Below, piece by piece: positions 37,351 to 51,200 of a stretch of DNA of 64,000 nt. The notes under the pieces are model-generated. The model was not told where the DNA came from. It saw nothing but the letters and a program-made list of their open reading frames with translations, and ran no database searches. A program made the position numbers and the translations under genes. Origin of the DNA: Tubiluchus corallicola (Eukaryota; Animalia; Priapulida). Position 1 is the first letter of the stretch. Each line of letters opens with the position of its first letter. The stretch is taken from assembly GCA_030141605.1 (NCBI GenBank), contig JAQGDQ010000124.1, positions 310,001 through 374,000 on the forward strand, given 5' to 3'.

Positions 37351-39048
37351 TAATTATGGAAGTTGTTACACAACTTACAGTAAATTGAGTAGTCGCATAG
37401 CATTTCTTAAACAGAAAGGTGTATTAGAGTATCTTCCTTATTATTATGGTCGCTTATCCTTACCTTAGCTTTGTTATGCACTGGCTACAACGAAGGACTA
37501 GGTTGGTGGTTGTTAGGTTTATTTTGAAGGTGGTTAGACGAAATTCGTGAGTGCTGTTAACAAGAGCCACCCCATAATACCTTATTATTAATATTAACAC
37601 TTCATAAACATCAATAGTACAAGGATAAAGCAAACAGCGTTAGTAAATAATTACACATTCAACAAATAATTCAAAATTATAAAAATACGTACAATATAGT
37701 AAAGTAGCAAGTGAGTGCAGACCAATAGCAACAAAAGATTAATTGGGCGTCAACTATAGCAGTAGAAAGCCAGCATTGAGATAGGCATTACAATACGTTA
37801 TTAAATACGTTTTTAGCCGAAAAATATTTCATCCAAACAACAGTTACAGATAATCGCTACAGAATTCTAAAACAAAGCGTTACTTCCTTTAGGATTTGCC
37901 CAGTTTTTTACCTTTTTCTGGTGTTGGAAAGTGAAGGCTCAGACGATGGCACTCACGAGAAATCTTCACCATGATTTCGGCATCGCGTCGCTAAGTTCAA
38001 ACCGTTCTATTTACTAATCCTAGCAGTGCGTTCAGCGAGAAAGTTTTCAAACGGAAAAGTTTTTTTCGCAAAGAAACTTGCCAGTAATGCAACAATGAAA
38101 TTGTAAGCAGCTTCACACCAGAGAGCAAAATCTACTGCAAGTTACTCTCTGACAGTACGTGCAAACAGTAGAGTCAGATTCAGATTTCCGTAATTTGAAA
38201 ACATCATGAATTAGTACAGTGTTTAGCCGCTTAATAATGTGGACATAGAATGGCGAAAGATCCATAATTGTATTATAAGATCCATAAGACTGTATCATAA
38301 TTGTTGTCAGAGTAATTTACGCAGGATTCGACAGCTTTATGTTAATCTGATAATTATTACAGAACAACAAGAATTTGGTCATTGCAAATAAGCGTTACAA
38401 ATGCAATAAGTAAATGAGGGCCTCCACCAGTATAGGTCTCTCTAATATCTCGAGATTGTAAATTCAAAACTAAATCAAGTCTGTTATTATAATTAACGAG
38501 GTTGTGCACTTTGCATGTAATTAGCACAATGGCACAAATTCTGACACTTAGGCTATTTTGCACAGAAAGTCCTTAAAGTTGCCTTGTTCAATCAAAAGTC
38601 GCATAGCAAGCAGTTCATGAACCCCCCAAACTGTTGATATGTGCAATATTAGTAGTGAATTAAGCACACTACCTGGACAAACAAAATTTGCACAACAATA
38701 AAGGCTGTACGTTTTGGCACCTGTTCAACCAGCCTCTAATAAATGACAATTTTGACAGTTATCAACTAATTTTGAATTGACTAACATGACAAGTTCATGG
38801 TTTTTATGACATAAAATATCTAGGGGAACGTAGTCGAGATGTATAAGAAAACCTTTAAACTACCTTCAAAAATTCACGTGTTGCAGTGAACAGATGATGT
38901 ATGCAAGGATTGTGGTCCTATTTATGACGATGCTTGGACAACAGCTTTAATGTGAATTTCGTGGCTATTATTAAAATCAGTATAATATTATATAGAGTAA
39001 AAGTGTCCTAAACGTTCAACTCTGATATTCAAATAAAATGAATCACAA

Positions 39049-40100
39049 TCACTCCATCTCTGCATCCCAATTCAGTTTTACTGGTTTCTTTGGAAACTTG
39101 GTAAAACTGTCGTTCCAGGTGTCTAATGGAGCAAAATCGCACGTGTGAGCTGTGGGACCTTTCCCAGTGTAATGCATTCCAGGTTCCCGTCTATTACATG
39201 CCAGTGTTTTATCCTTCACTATATTACTGTAAACAGTGTAGAGTTGATTAGCGTTGTTAAAATATAGATAATAGGACTGTGAAAAACTTCTTGGATGTAG
39301 ATTTCTGACCCACGTATTAGTGATCAGATTTTTTCCCCCTTTAATATACGGTATAAATGACTCATTTCGCAGAATTTTTAAAACCCATTCGCGAAATTTT
39401 ATCCACACCTGTGGTAGAGGTGCATAACCCCATGGTCCTGTCAGACGGTAGAGAAAGACAGGATCTTTGCATTTGGCGCAAAGGGGATTTCTAATCACTT
39501 TACGTCCATTTTTTCTTCTCGCCACGAGAGTGCGCTTCTGTAATGACACGGCTCCAATTTCTGGATTGTTTTGGTAAAACAATAAAGCAGCCTTTAGCCA
39601 CCTATAAAAATAAGGCGACAGTTCTAAGTCATCTTCTACTATTATTCCATAATCTCCTAGGTGTCCAGGTTTCCAGCAATCGTACCACTGAATATAAGGT
39701 CCTACGTGTTTCTCATGAACTTGCACTGTTTTACGCCCATAGGGCCATTCAAACGAATTAGCCACAAAAACAGTTTCATTTGAATAACTGTTATCAGACG
39801 TTCCTCTATCAACACATATCTTCAGTGACACTACATCTTGATTGCATTTTGCAACAAGCAATGACTACAATAGTCTCTGCAATGATTCTGTCCTGTCATA
39901 GGCAAGTACTGCAATTTCAAGACGAAATGCTTCGCCCATGTTAGCCAAAGTAAGCATTTTAAACCAGAGCATTTTAGAAATCGAATACATCGTATCGCTT
40001 GAAAAACTTTTTGTTAAAAATAGTCCAGCTGCGCATAATGCAAACAAACAATAAAGAAATACTTTTTTAGTTGCAACTTTATGCCACGCTGCCAGCACAT
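39049..40100 (-). pseudogene. Intronless GT-A/GT2-like glycosyltransferase with an in-frame TAG (39867-39865) and an out-of-frame first ATG
   Basis: ORFs 39865-40098 and 39049-39861 are in the same frame: TM anchor, IAVLAYDRTESLQRLL*SLL, FEWPYGRK, IIVEDDLELSPYFYRWLK, GPWGYAP, NRREPGMHY. Acceptor tttgctttag| at 40131. Confidence 0.75.
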
Positions 40101-41024
40101 TAGGAGAGGTTGAACACGCTGAGTATGTTGCTAAAGCAAATGACTATCAGTTTTAGCTTGTTTTATCCAAATCATAAAGACCATGTTAATAATTCCACCG
40201 TATCAACTAATTATTATGTGATATATATGACAACAATTCACATCAAAGGATATTTGGAGGCTATATACGTAAACACATGTATTGTACACTGCTAATAGCT
40301 TGTTTCTATGTTGTGATATATGAGGTACAGACACAGCCAAGCATTTGCTTGTTGATGTGCCTGACAACCAATGGAGCCCAACGGTCCCAGTTCAATGCAA
40401 AGAAATTTATCAACCTTCCGAGGTTAGACCCGAACTATTTTTCTGTTTAGCGATATTATCGTGTCATGTAGCGAGATCAGGTACCCATTATTAAGTTTAA
40501 CGCTAATAGGTTCTGCACAAAATTCGCCCCATAAAGTCAACATTGCATTTTAAGCTAGGCTGGGTCAGGTTCAAGTTGTGTCACCGAGGTGACCCATAAC
40601 CAGGCATAATTATCTAATAGGCCTACATTACCCTAACATTATTTATTAACTGAATATTGTAGGCCTACATGAACAAATATTGTATAATTTTTTATTGATG
40701 AGTTCTTTTCGTGCATCTTTTTAGTAGTAAATGTGGTTATAATTTTAACCTTTCAACTCGCGCTTGTGTGGAATTACTACAACTTGTACCAGACGGAAAT
40801 GCCATTAAAGGAAAAGTTAATGATTTTTCACGTGTTGTTCTGTTTTGAAGTACGGTAAAAGTATACATTTTAAAGTGCGCTGAAGTGCTCCTAACAACTA
40901 AATAACAGCTTAAAGGAAAGCCGGATGATTGTTTAAACACGAGTTCAGAATAAAGAATGCCCTAAAATATTGAAAACTACAATAGCTTTTTTCTATATCA
41001 ATGCTTAGATTAAATAATAATTAC

Positions 41025-41790
41025 CTCGGATACTCAAATTTCGTTACTTTCAAAGCTATGCGCGGCTCAATGAATCTACTAAGATTGTCAGCGGTGCCTT
41101 TTTGTCATATTCGTGTGGCCGACAAATAGAAGGCGGTACCGTGATAACCATGATCATGAACAGCAGTGTTAGTTTCTGACGTCATATTATGTAAAAGCCC
41201 ATTTTTCGTGACATCATGCATTTAAGTAGTACTGTAACGCCTATGCAAATGTGTCTGGCGCGCAAGGGAAGACGCATGCCATTGCACAAATTTTGGTTAG
41301 TTTCTGACGTAAGCAATAGCTGTGTTCGGTTACCGTTAATTAACTACCTAAGCTAATTATTCAAATATAAGGAACAATTGTTCACTTTTATAGAAATGTA
41401 TATTTTTGACATTGAGTCTAAACAATCGTCTGGTCTTCTATTTAAAATTTTATTACCGGCTTGCGGTGACGTCACAACTGAACTCAATTTTGTAGCAGCA
41501 CAACTGTTTCACGTGTTTGCAAAAATGAAAATTGAAGTACAGTGCTACTGCACAGCACTGACAAAGATTTACACCAACTCGGAAATTTTAAGTTTAAAAA
41601 ATTAGTTCTAAAGCCTACTTCCGCCCCAACATGTGACATGCACACAAGTGTGTGCTACTGAACTTGAACTGACCTGTTTTTGTGCAAAGCGTTTCTGAGC
41701 TGCAGGCGTTGTTGTCCATCTAACTAGCAAATGGTGTCGCGAGTGACTCGCCAGGAACTATTTTGTGGCGCGTAGAAGCATAGTAGTAAG
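41025..41790. promoter_or_regulatory. Putative bidirectional promoter (minus-strand array 2 / MFSD11-a)
   Basis: CpG-enriched. Minus donor GAG|GTAATT at 41024 and plus donor TA|GTAAGT at 41786. CRE palindromes TGACGTCA at 41177 and 41467, TGACGTAA at 41305, GC box CCGCCCC at 41621. Confidence 0.6.
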
Positions 41791-42959
41791 TAGTTAGGTT
41801 AAGCAAGAGCGTGCGAAGACCACGACTTTGCCGTTGTCTTCGTCTTTATCTTTATAATTTTTCGTTTTATAGAAGATTAATGTTATCGTTATCTTATCGT
41901 TAACCTTTCTCTTATCGTTACATTTTGAGTTTTACCGACTTCTGTGAACTAAAATATTGATCTGTAAATCAGATGTGATAATAGGAAGCATGGACGCCTA
42001 TGAAAGAAATAATAAACGCTTTCATACAAATGGCAAAATACATGTGACACGGAAAAACAAAGTTCCGTGGTAATAAGCTTTTACAATTGCTCTTAAAAAA
42101 ATAATATTGTACCGAATCCAGGGTCCAACACGGATCCGTCTCAAGATGTATAGAACGGCATAAGAGTTTCGAAATTTCACGTCAAACGAGATAAATTAAA
42201 CTATACAGAGCACAAGTATAAAATAAACCTTATTGCATAAACAGTTGCTTCATATCATCAAATATAAGGACATGTAAATAGACTTTAGTTAATTAAAATT
42301 AGCAAGTCTACAGCAATTAGCGTTATGAACAGAAAGGCCAGGTTGGAATGGTAAAATTACCGCATGCATTCTGCTGTATACAGGTACATTTGCATTACTT
42401 GGCATCACAACCATACTCTTTAGTAACATTAAGGGGTTGGTCAAAATCCGTCTTCGTAACGCTATTTTGCCTTTCGGTATTTCAGTAGATCATTTTGAGT
42501 TAAGATTTAACAAGGTTTACAGGTGTTTTATTAAAATAAAAAGTGTTGATTTTATCCACTATTCACAGAAAGATGGACTTGCATTACTGGGTTGTCGTTT
42601 TGTATGATGCTGAATATCGCAGTGGAGGCTTAAAATTATCGTATTATCTACCAATATCGTATTTTTGGCCAAAATCCAAAACTATTGCATAATTGCAGCA
42701 AATTGCTATTAATACAATAACACTAAAAATTGGCATTAACACTAGAATAGTTAGAGCGCTCAGTATGGCTGTTACAAAACTTTTGTTACCCACTGTCAAT
42801 GTTTACTTTTTTTATTGTGCTATGGTTTGTCATTATAATAATCTGTCATAAAAAGGTAATCAGAACCATGTCCCTAGACCTGTGATTCAATGTCCACAAA
42901 TTATAGCTGTTAGACCACATATTAATTCAAGTTCATCACAAGAATGGGGGAAATAGCAA

Positions 42960-43021
42960 CAAGAGAAAGGAGAGAAAGAGGGGAGAGAGAGTGAGGAGAG
43001 AGAGAGAGAGAGAGAGAGAAA

Positions 43022-43113
<92 letters not shown>
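42960..43113. repeat. (GA)n microsatellite
   Basis: Visible directly in the sequence. Confidence 0.97.
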
Positions 43114-43116
<3 letters not shown>

Positions 43117-44029
43117 ATTCCTTGATAGATCATTGGTGTAACAGTTAAGTTGATAAGTGCATGGCAACACCATTAAGATAAAATTTTGTACATTTTGGTA
43201 GTAGCAGCGCAGCAAGTAGGAATGCCAGGTGTCAGCAAATAAGAAATGCTGTGTTTTAGAGCACTAGGATCACTAATCATGGAGTGGTTACAAGACTTTG
43301 AATGGAGCATAATTTTTGGGTCTCTAAAAGAATGACCTATATCTAAGACTTACAGCACGTTTATAAGTATTAAATGTGTTAAGAAATAAATAGGTAGTTT
43401 AAAAACTTAAAATAACATAACTTAATGATTTTGTGGAAATTGTAACTGTATATTTTTAGGTGCTGCCATCTATTAACTAATCCCTTTACATTTTACTCGC
43501 TAAACTCACCCCTAGTATAATTGTTCGGTCCAATGAATATGCATAATAAGCCAAGTTTGCATAATTACCTATACCTATATATACTGACTGGATTCTACTT
43601 CTAGTCACTCTCTGTCTCACTCTCAATGCAGTGCAGAAGTCATGCTAGTCGTGCTACACACCTGTCTAACTCACACTCTCAGTGCAGTGCAGCAGTCGTG
43701 ATACTCATGTCACTTACTGTCTAACTCTCAGTGATCAGATCAGTACACTCTTGTTCTCAGTGTTCAGTGTAGCAGTCATTCTACATATGTGTGTGTAGTC
43801 TAATAAACGCTTTTCAGTTTTGTGCAGATATGTAGTTCAACTACAACCTTAAACATGACTTTCACAGATTGGCCTTTGATAGGCTTTAAGCTTTTGCCGC
43901 AACTTATACGTAGCAGTCGCGGTGAGTGGACGAAGACACTGACGAAGGGAATCTGTTAAGAGAAATTCAAAGAATTCTTATAGTGCCACTGTGCTTACGA
44001 TATTTCCACACTTCATTAAATTTCCCTAG

Positions 44030-44545
44030 GATTCTCCACATATTGCAGCATTACATCAACCAGTAATACCTGGGAAGAAACGAAGAGGTGGACAGCTGAT
44101 CATATATTTAGATGTTCTGAAGAAAGACTATTAAATACTTCACTTGACTTAAATAACCTGAATACTTGGCATGTGGCAGCAGCAAACCGGGGGAACGTAG
44201 CATCAAATTATGAATGGTGCTATGTTTCAAAGGCGGAAAAACAGAAGGGTTTTGGGAATGAGATGGGCAAAGAAAATTTCATGTTTATCTGTATGAAAAA
44301 ATAAAAGCGGAACCTTGCACAAAAATAATAAAAAGGCGCTGTTTAAGATGGATTGGGCATATAGTTATACATAGACTAGACTACATAATGATAGTCCAGT
44401 GATAATAACTCCTTAGCAAGCAACAGAACCAGCAGGAGACAGAACTGATGTTAACACAATTTTGCACAGAAAGAGAAATACTTAATCGTTGGATCTATAG
44501 CAGAGAGTAGGGCGTCCTGGCGTAAAGAGATGAACAGTGTCATGT
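44030..44545 (+). mobile_element. Degenerate RTE-clade LINE 3' fragments
   Basis: PGKKRRGGQLIIYLDVLKKD..W..AAANR, then KRRCLRWIGHIV and AESRASWR, typical of RTE ORF2 C-termini. Confidence 0.6.
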
Positions 44546-45242
44546 CTCAAGATGCACTATTCAATGGACAAAATGAGAAGCATAGATAACAATATTGCTA
44601 CATAATCTCTTGCATGAATGTGAAATTTTACGCTGTACTGCCTCAGTTTGCTTAGATCATTATTGTGAAGCGTGCATATAGGCTTTTTGCCAATGTTTTT
44701 CTCTCTTCTTAGCAGAGGCAGTGAGAGACTGTTTATCATTTCCTTCCTGCATTTGGTATTGTTGTTTTCTTTCTAAAGTTGCCTCAGTGATGGAAGTGCC
44801 ATCTAAGCAGTCATTATGGCAGGATGGGGAAGATCTGTTATACATGTAGTGGTTAGGTGGAAAGAATTGGTTTGAGATTGTAGTGCCTTAATTTTTTTAT
44901 TTTTTTGCCCTTACTTTGTGACATTTTACCACACAAGAATAAAAAAAATTTTGTGGCATTATTTTACCTCCTTGACGACATCTTTTACACTTTCATTTTT
45001 TCTTCAAATGGTTGGAATGTCTGGAAATAATTATAATTTTAAATGGTGTTATAATTATAAATAAGAAAAATATGACTTCTTAATATGACAGTATCTTAAG
45101 CAGTGGGTGTTCAACAATTTTTTCTTTTATTTCAGAGGGAATTAAAAATGACTTTTATTTTTTGGTAGGTTGCAGTGAGTGATGGATACTGCTAAGTGCA
45201 GTCATATCAATTGCTCAGATTAGTACTTTGCCGCTAGTCACA

Positions 45243-48200
45243 ATGGACAGGAAGACCTTTAATGTTGTTCTCCTAAGTGTAGGATTTTCTCTCCTTTTCA
45301 CAGCTTTTGGTACTTGTACTATAATAGAGGTTAGTTTATTAATGGAATAAATCTTTCACATTGAGAATGAAGCAATAAGCTATAATTTGTTAATGAATTA
45401 GTTAATGTATGTGGGTCATTTAATTACTAGCTACATAATCTACTACCCCAAGATGGTAATAATAACTCCTGGAGAGAGAATGGTGAAAAATTTGTTTCTC
45501 AGCTGGGATTTAAACTTACATGACTGGTTAACTTTGGTTTTTTAACTCTGTTAGTTTTATGGGTAGTAATTTGATGTCATTCTTTTTATAGGCAATAATT
45601 TCATTTTCAACAGTTCTTAGATCTATTTTCTTTTTAAAAGCCTCAAAATGTGTTAGTCAGCAAGAATAACAAAAAAGGTCATTGTTCTTTTTAGAAAATT
45701 GTCCTAGAAAGTTTTGGGATTAATGGTTATATAAGGTAAGTATGTTAGTTTTTTAATTTGTTATGAAATTGTTATTACAGCCAGTGAGATGAGGATTTGT
45801 TCTAGATTTTGTTATCAAATGTTAAAACTTGTTACTATTGTATACTATGCTGTGCACAGAAAGGAGTGTTTCATTTTTTATTGAGCTTTATTAGGTTTCC
45901 TTAATGCTTATGTTTAGATTTCTGATGGGAGCTGTATCTTACAAAATTGGCTAAGAATATATAAAAAAGTGGCTTATTTCACCACACGATTTTTCAAGAA
46001 ATGATGTAAAACAGTAATGTATTAGCCTTCTAGATACTTTGGCAGTATGTCAGTTATTGATCAGGCCTGGTTCTTATGAAAGGTGCTTCCAGGGATCCTA
46101 CATGTTCCTAGTACTGATTTTTCTGCTGCATTTCATATTTTCACCCTGGACACTCCTAGATATATATAAACTCATAGTTTTTTCAGGCTTAATTTTTTCC
46201 TTGTTAACTATAACCTCCTTGCTATACTTATCTAGACAGCAAGATGAAATCAACTATCACTAGCAAATTAGTTATGAAAAAACTGTTCTAATAGTCCTAC
46301 ATGCATCATGATTTTCATCGTTTCTGGACTGCTTGGCTGCTAAACTTCTTTATTGTTTATTGAATTTCTGCTGGTGTGTCTCCATTATGATCATGATAGA
46401 CAACATTTTCTAGTACTTGTAGACTATTATAGTGGCCTTTGTGTTTTTTAAAAATAATGTTGCAATTTTATGAACGGTTTACTAGTTAAGCATTGTTAAT
46501 TCGTTGTTTGTTTTTGTAGTCAGTCGATAATTTATCTAGTATTTGCAATATCAAATTGGTTCGCTCCTTCTGTGATTGCTGTCACGGGACCAAAATATGG
46601 CATGGTATTTGCAGGTATATTATACAGGTATTGGCTTAATTATCACCTCAAGTGCCAGTTTATGTAACAAACATTTGGTGAACTGTTTCGAAAACTGCAT
46701 TAATGCTTTGTTAGTTTGATATACTACTGAAATAATCAAAACCTAAACTTGCTACAGACAATGTGTGATAGAGAATTCGAAGTGTTTATAATAGTATATG
46801 AAGTATACTTTGAACAGCTGATGGGTAAAAACATTTTAGTGGATTATAAACGTTTTACTGTTAAAACTTCAACTTGTTTGGTGATTCCTTTTGTAATTGA
46901 ACCGTAACTACTATTTTTTTAGCTTATTTATGGTGTTTTTTCTAAAGCCAGCTGCATGGTGTATTTATCTCGGTTCAGCTATGCTTGGATTTGGTGCTTC
47001 AAGTACGTATTCATTTTCAACAGTTACTCGTTTCTTTATTACTTTCTTTCTTTTGTTTCTTTATAATTTTTAATAACTAAAATTTGTTTCTTTAGTTTAC
47101 AATCTGTAAGTTTGAAATGAAATTACAATCTGTAAGTTTGAAATGAAAATTCCATTTTTGACATAAAGTGTCAGCCATTCTGCAAAGATGTTTCATAATG
47201 ATCCTGTCTGATATAAAGCTGCGATCATTAAAGATGTGTAATTTTTATTTTCAATCTCTCAAAATGTTGTAAAGTCGAATCTCACAGACTAAGCCCACAC
47301 ATTCAGTTAAGGACATTTTTATTCTTTATAGTAACTTATTACCATTGCGATGATTAACAAAATGTTTGCCTCTGTCCTGATACCTGCAAATCTGTAATAC
47401 ATGCAATTGCAAATGTTGCAATTACAAGTTCATTGTTGTTCCTGTTTAACTTGCAGGCCATTTAGAAATTTCACTTTTTATACATTATTCGTTAATTTTG
47501 TAACAATGAGTATTTGCAGGCACAAATAGCCAACAGATCTACTAAGACGGTTCTTAAGCTTTATAATGGCCACACTTTTTATGCCAAGATCTTTTTTTTG
47601 AGCTTTATGCATTCTGAATATATTTATCAAGTGTTTTATGCTGTTTCATGCAGTAATTGAAGCATTTTTTCATGGGCTATTACTCAAATAGTTAAATTAT
47701 CTGAACATTTGAATGAAAACAGCTACTAACATCTTCAAAGAAATATTCGACCGGAATATATTAACTTGCGCAAATGTTAAACATGGATTTTTTGTGCACT
47801 GATTATATTTGCAAAAAATGTACAAGTTCAGCAAACCCCAGCTTAGCTGGAACAAGGTGTTCATAATACCTAGCCTGCTGTGTGCATTGTCATACTGTAG
47901 CTTCTAACTATAGGGTGCAGACCGGGCATTGGTAAAGTTGGCATTGCTATGGTGACTTAGTGATTTTTTTATCCTACATCTAGGGGCAAGTTAAAAAAAT
48001 GTGTAATTGCTCTATATGCAGTCATATGACGATTTTAATCTGTGGGTGGTATATTTTTCATACTGTATATAAATGAAAGCAATTGAGTACAATACAAATT
48101 ACTAACATACTATACTATTTGAATGTTTTAATGAGCAAAATAATTTTCTTTTAAAGGAAATTGATTTTAGTTTGAAAAGTAAAAACTGTTATGTTCACTA

Positions 48201-51200
48201 ACAATGTTTCTCCAAATGTACATGTAGTTTATTTAAAGTTCGCATTTGTCTTTCAGTTTTATGGGTCAGTCAGAACATCTATAACACCGTTATTTCTACG
48301 GATGAAACAATTTCACGAAATATAGGCTTCTTTGCTTTCGTGTTTCCATGGCAGTAAGTTATTTGCTATTAATCATTTCCATCAAGAAGTCTTGCTATGA
48401 TATCCAGTTATATTAGATTAGCCATTTCATGCTCCAAAGAACATTGCTGATAAAATAAAAATAAATGGCTGTGAGCAAACTAAAAAATCGTCGTAAAAAT
48501 AAAAATGTGTCATGAGAAAAAGGTGTCAAATGTTCAGCGTCGTTAAAATGAAATGTAGCTAAACGGGGATTCGTTAAACGAGGGCTTACTGTACTTAAAA
48601 TAAAATACTTGTGCATCAAAGTCCTATTACCACCTTTATACCTCACCTTTGTGCACTATAATATACCTATAAGCAATCATGTTAAATGCTGTTTTGTTTC
48701 TAAGCAGGTGCAGCACGTTTGTCATGCGCAAGTATGCTGGCCTAGTGGTTTTGCTTTGAATCTGTCACCCACTCATCTGTTGCAATTAACCTCGTTGCCC
48801 AAGAATTTATGGAGTTTGCCCAAACTTTTAATCACATGGCTAACGGTTTCTTTTTCAAGTTCTTGCTGCTTTGCACAGAGCATTTAATCAGTTAAGGTTG
48901 CTGTTATGCCACTGATGCAGCGGCGGTAACCTGCCAGTATTTGTTGCAACTTTACAAGCATAAATATCATAAAGAAACTAAAAGCACAGAGCTGATTTTG
49001 ACAAATAGAGCATAAGCGTAAAAATCTAGGATTAAAGCTCTCGCAGCTTTTGCAGTGCATACTGAAGCTGAAGAGTGATGACTCGCCCTTCTATACTGGC
49101 AATACTACATCCTTCGGCTGATATATTCAGTTCATTAATTGGGTCAAAACTCTTCCATGCCAGAGTGAGTGTAGGTAAGTAAGTAAGTTAGAGTTTCCCG
49201 TATATTTTCAATCAGGGGAAGTTATTTCAATCTCAGTAATTATTATGATGCACATAGGAGTATATCCACATTATTAAGTGTTAGTAATGTTTAAATAAAT
49301 ATTGATGTTAAATTAGTATTACTACATATAATCAATTGATGAAAAGCGATGCGTAGATTCTATATAGTCTTGGCTAGTTTGAAACAATGTAACATTTTGC
49401 TCCCGGTTTAGTTGAGAGGATCCAAAAAGAAATATAGAAATTTTCAGTTGGTTACTCAACTTATTTAAATTAAATGGGAAAATTTTTTTGTTAATATAGC
49501 TGGGTTACTTTTTTCCTCAAGGTTTGTTCTACTAACTCTATATAGGAGACACTTGAGCAAGTAATGTTGTATTGTTTCTCGTGAGGAGCCACAAGTACAA
49601 TTTGGCTGAACTACGCTCCCTGTTCTGTCTCTGTGCACCTATCTATAATATTGTGTTAGATCACTGTTGAACAGCATAAAATATTGGAATCTGATCAAGA
49701 AAACAGCATCGTGTAACATTACAAATTCATTAAGGGCATGAAATCCATATAACTGAAAGTTTTGATTGTTTCTGAAAATGTTTAATGATATATGCAATTC
49801 ATGGCAAGAATATTCAATTTTCAGCAATTTTGTGGGAAACCTGTACGTTTGGTATCGGTTTAGAGAAGACAAAATAGAGATTTCTGACTGTAGCAGAGAG
49901 AAGATATTTGTTTTGCTGTTTGTTACATCTCTCATGGGTGTGGTTGTGCTCAGTATTATGGATGATAAGAGATCGCCAGATCCTGATGCTTACAAAACAC
50001 CTAGCAAACTCGTGCAGTAAGTGACAAGTTCATGTTTTAATAAGTTGCTGTCTAATAGACATTGGTAAGATCCTAAGAAAAGCATGCTTCATATTTTCAT
50101 TAGCTAAACTGAACTTAGTTATGGCATTAAAATTCCGATATTGTCGTAGAAAGGTTCAATACATACTATACGGGGCTAATTACATACAAAAATTACATAC
50201 AGGTGTGAGACTTATGGCATACATTATAATTTGAATAAAAATGTTCTATAAATGTGTTTATATACTAAAAATATTGTACATTTTTGATAAACCATTATCG
50301 TCAAGTTGTGCAAACAAATTCACGTTTGTTTCAGAGGTTACAAGGATAAGAGAGGACCTTTAGAAGCTTTTAGTAAGTTGTTTTACTTACTAGCATTTCT
50401 TCAGCAATGACAATTGCCATGACATTTTGCTTGAGAAATTCTTTATTTAAAAGTTTTAGTTTTTCAGGTCATCTTGTCTCTTTGGCAAATTGTAAAAGCT
50501 ACAAATTAGGGTTAAATAACTGCTATTATAAAGTTTTTTCCTACATGTAAATTTCAATAGATAGTTTGTCAGTTTACTAGCAAAACTAGCGACTGATACT
50601 TGAAACAAAACTAGCTACAAGAATTTGAAAGAAAACTAGCTACTAGAATTTGAAACAAAACTAGCTACTAGAATTTGAAACAAAACTAGCTGCTGTAAAT
50701 TGAAACAAAGCTAGCTGCTGAAGTTTGAAACAAAATTAGCTACTAGAATTTGAAACAAAACTAGCTACTAAAATTTGAAATAAAACTAGCTGCTGTAAAT
50801 TGAAACAAAGCTAGCTGCTGAAGTTTGAAACAAAATTAGGTACTAGAATTTGAAACAAAACTAGCTACTAGAATTTGACATAAAACTAGCTACTGAAATG
50901 TGAAGTAAAACTAGCTACTAAAATTTGAAACAAAACTAGCTACAAGAATTTAAAACAAAACTAGCTACAAGAATTTGAAACAAAACTAGCTACTGAAATT
51001 TGAAATAAAACTAGCTACTAAAATTTGAAATAAAACTAGCTACTGTAATTTGAAACAAAACTAGCTGCTGAAGTTTGAAACAAAATTAGGTACTGAAATT
51101 TGAAACACAACTAGCTACTAGAATTTGAAACAAAACTAGCTACTAGAATTTGAAATAAAACTAGCTACTGAAATTTGAAGTAAAACTAGCTACTGGAATT

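Noticed and set aside
43600-43607. Other TCTAGTCA occurrences (also ~56176) as additional miR-279 copies
   Set aside because: No complementary arm nearby, and one lies within an MFSD11 coding exon.
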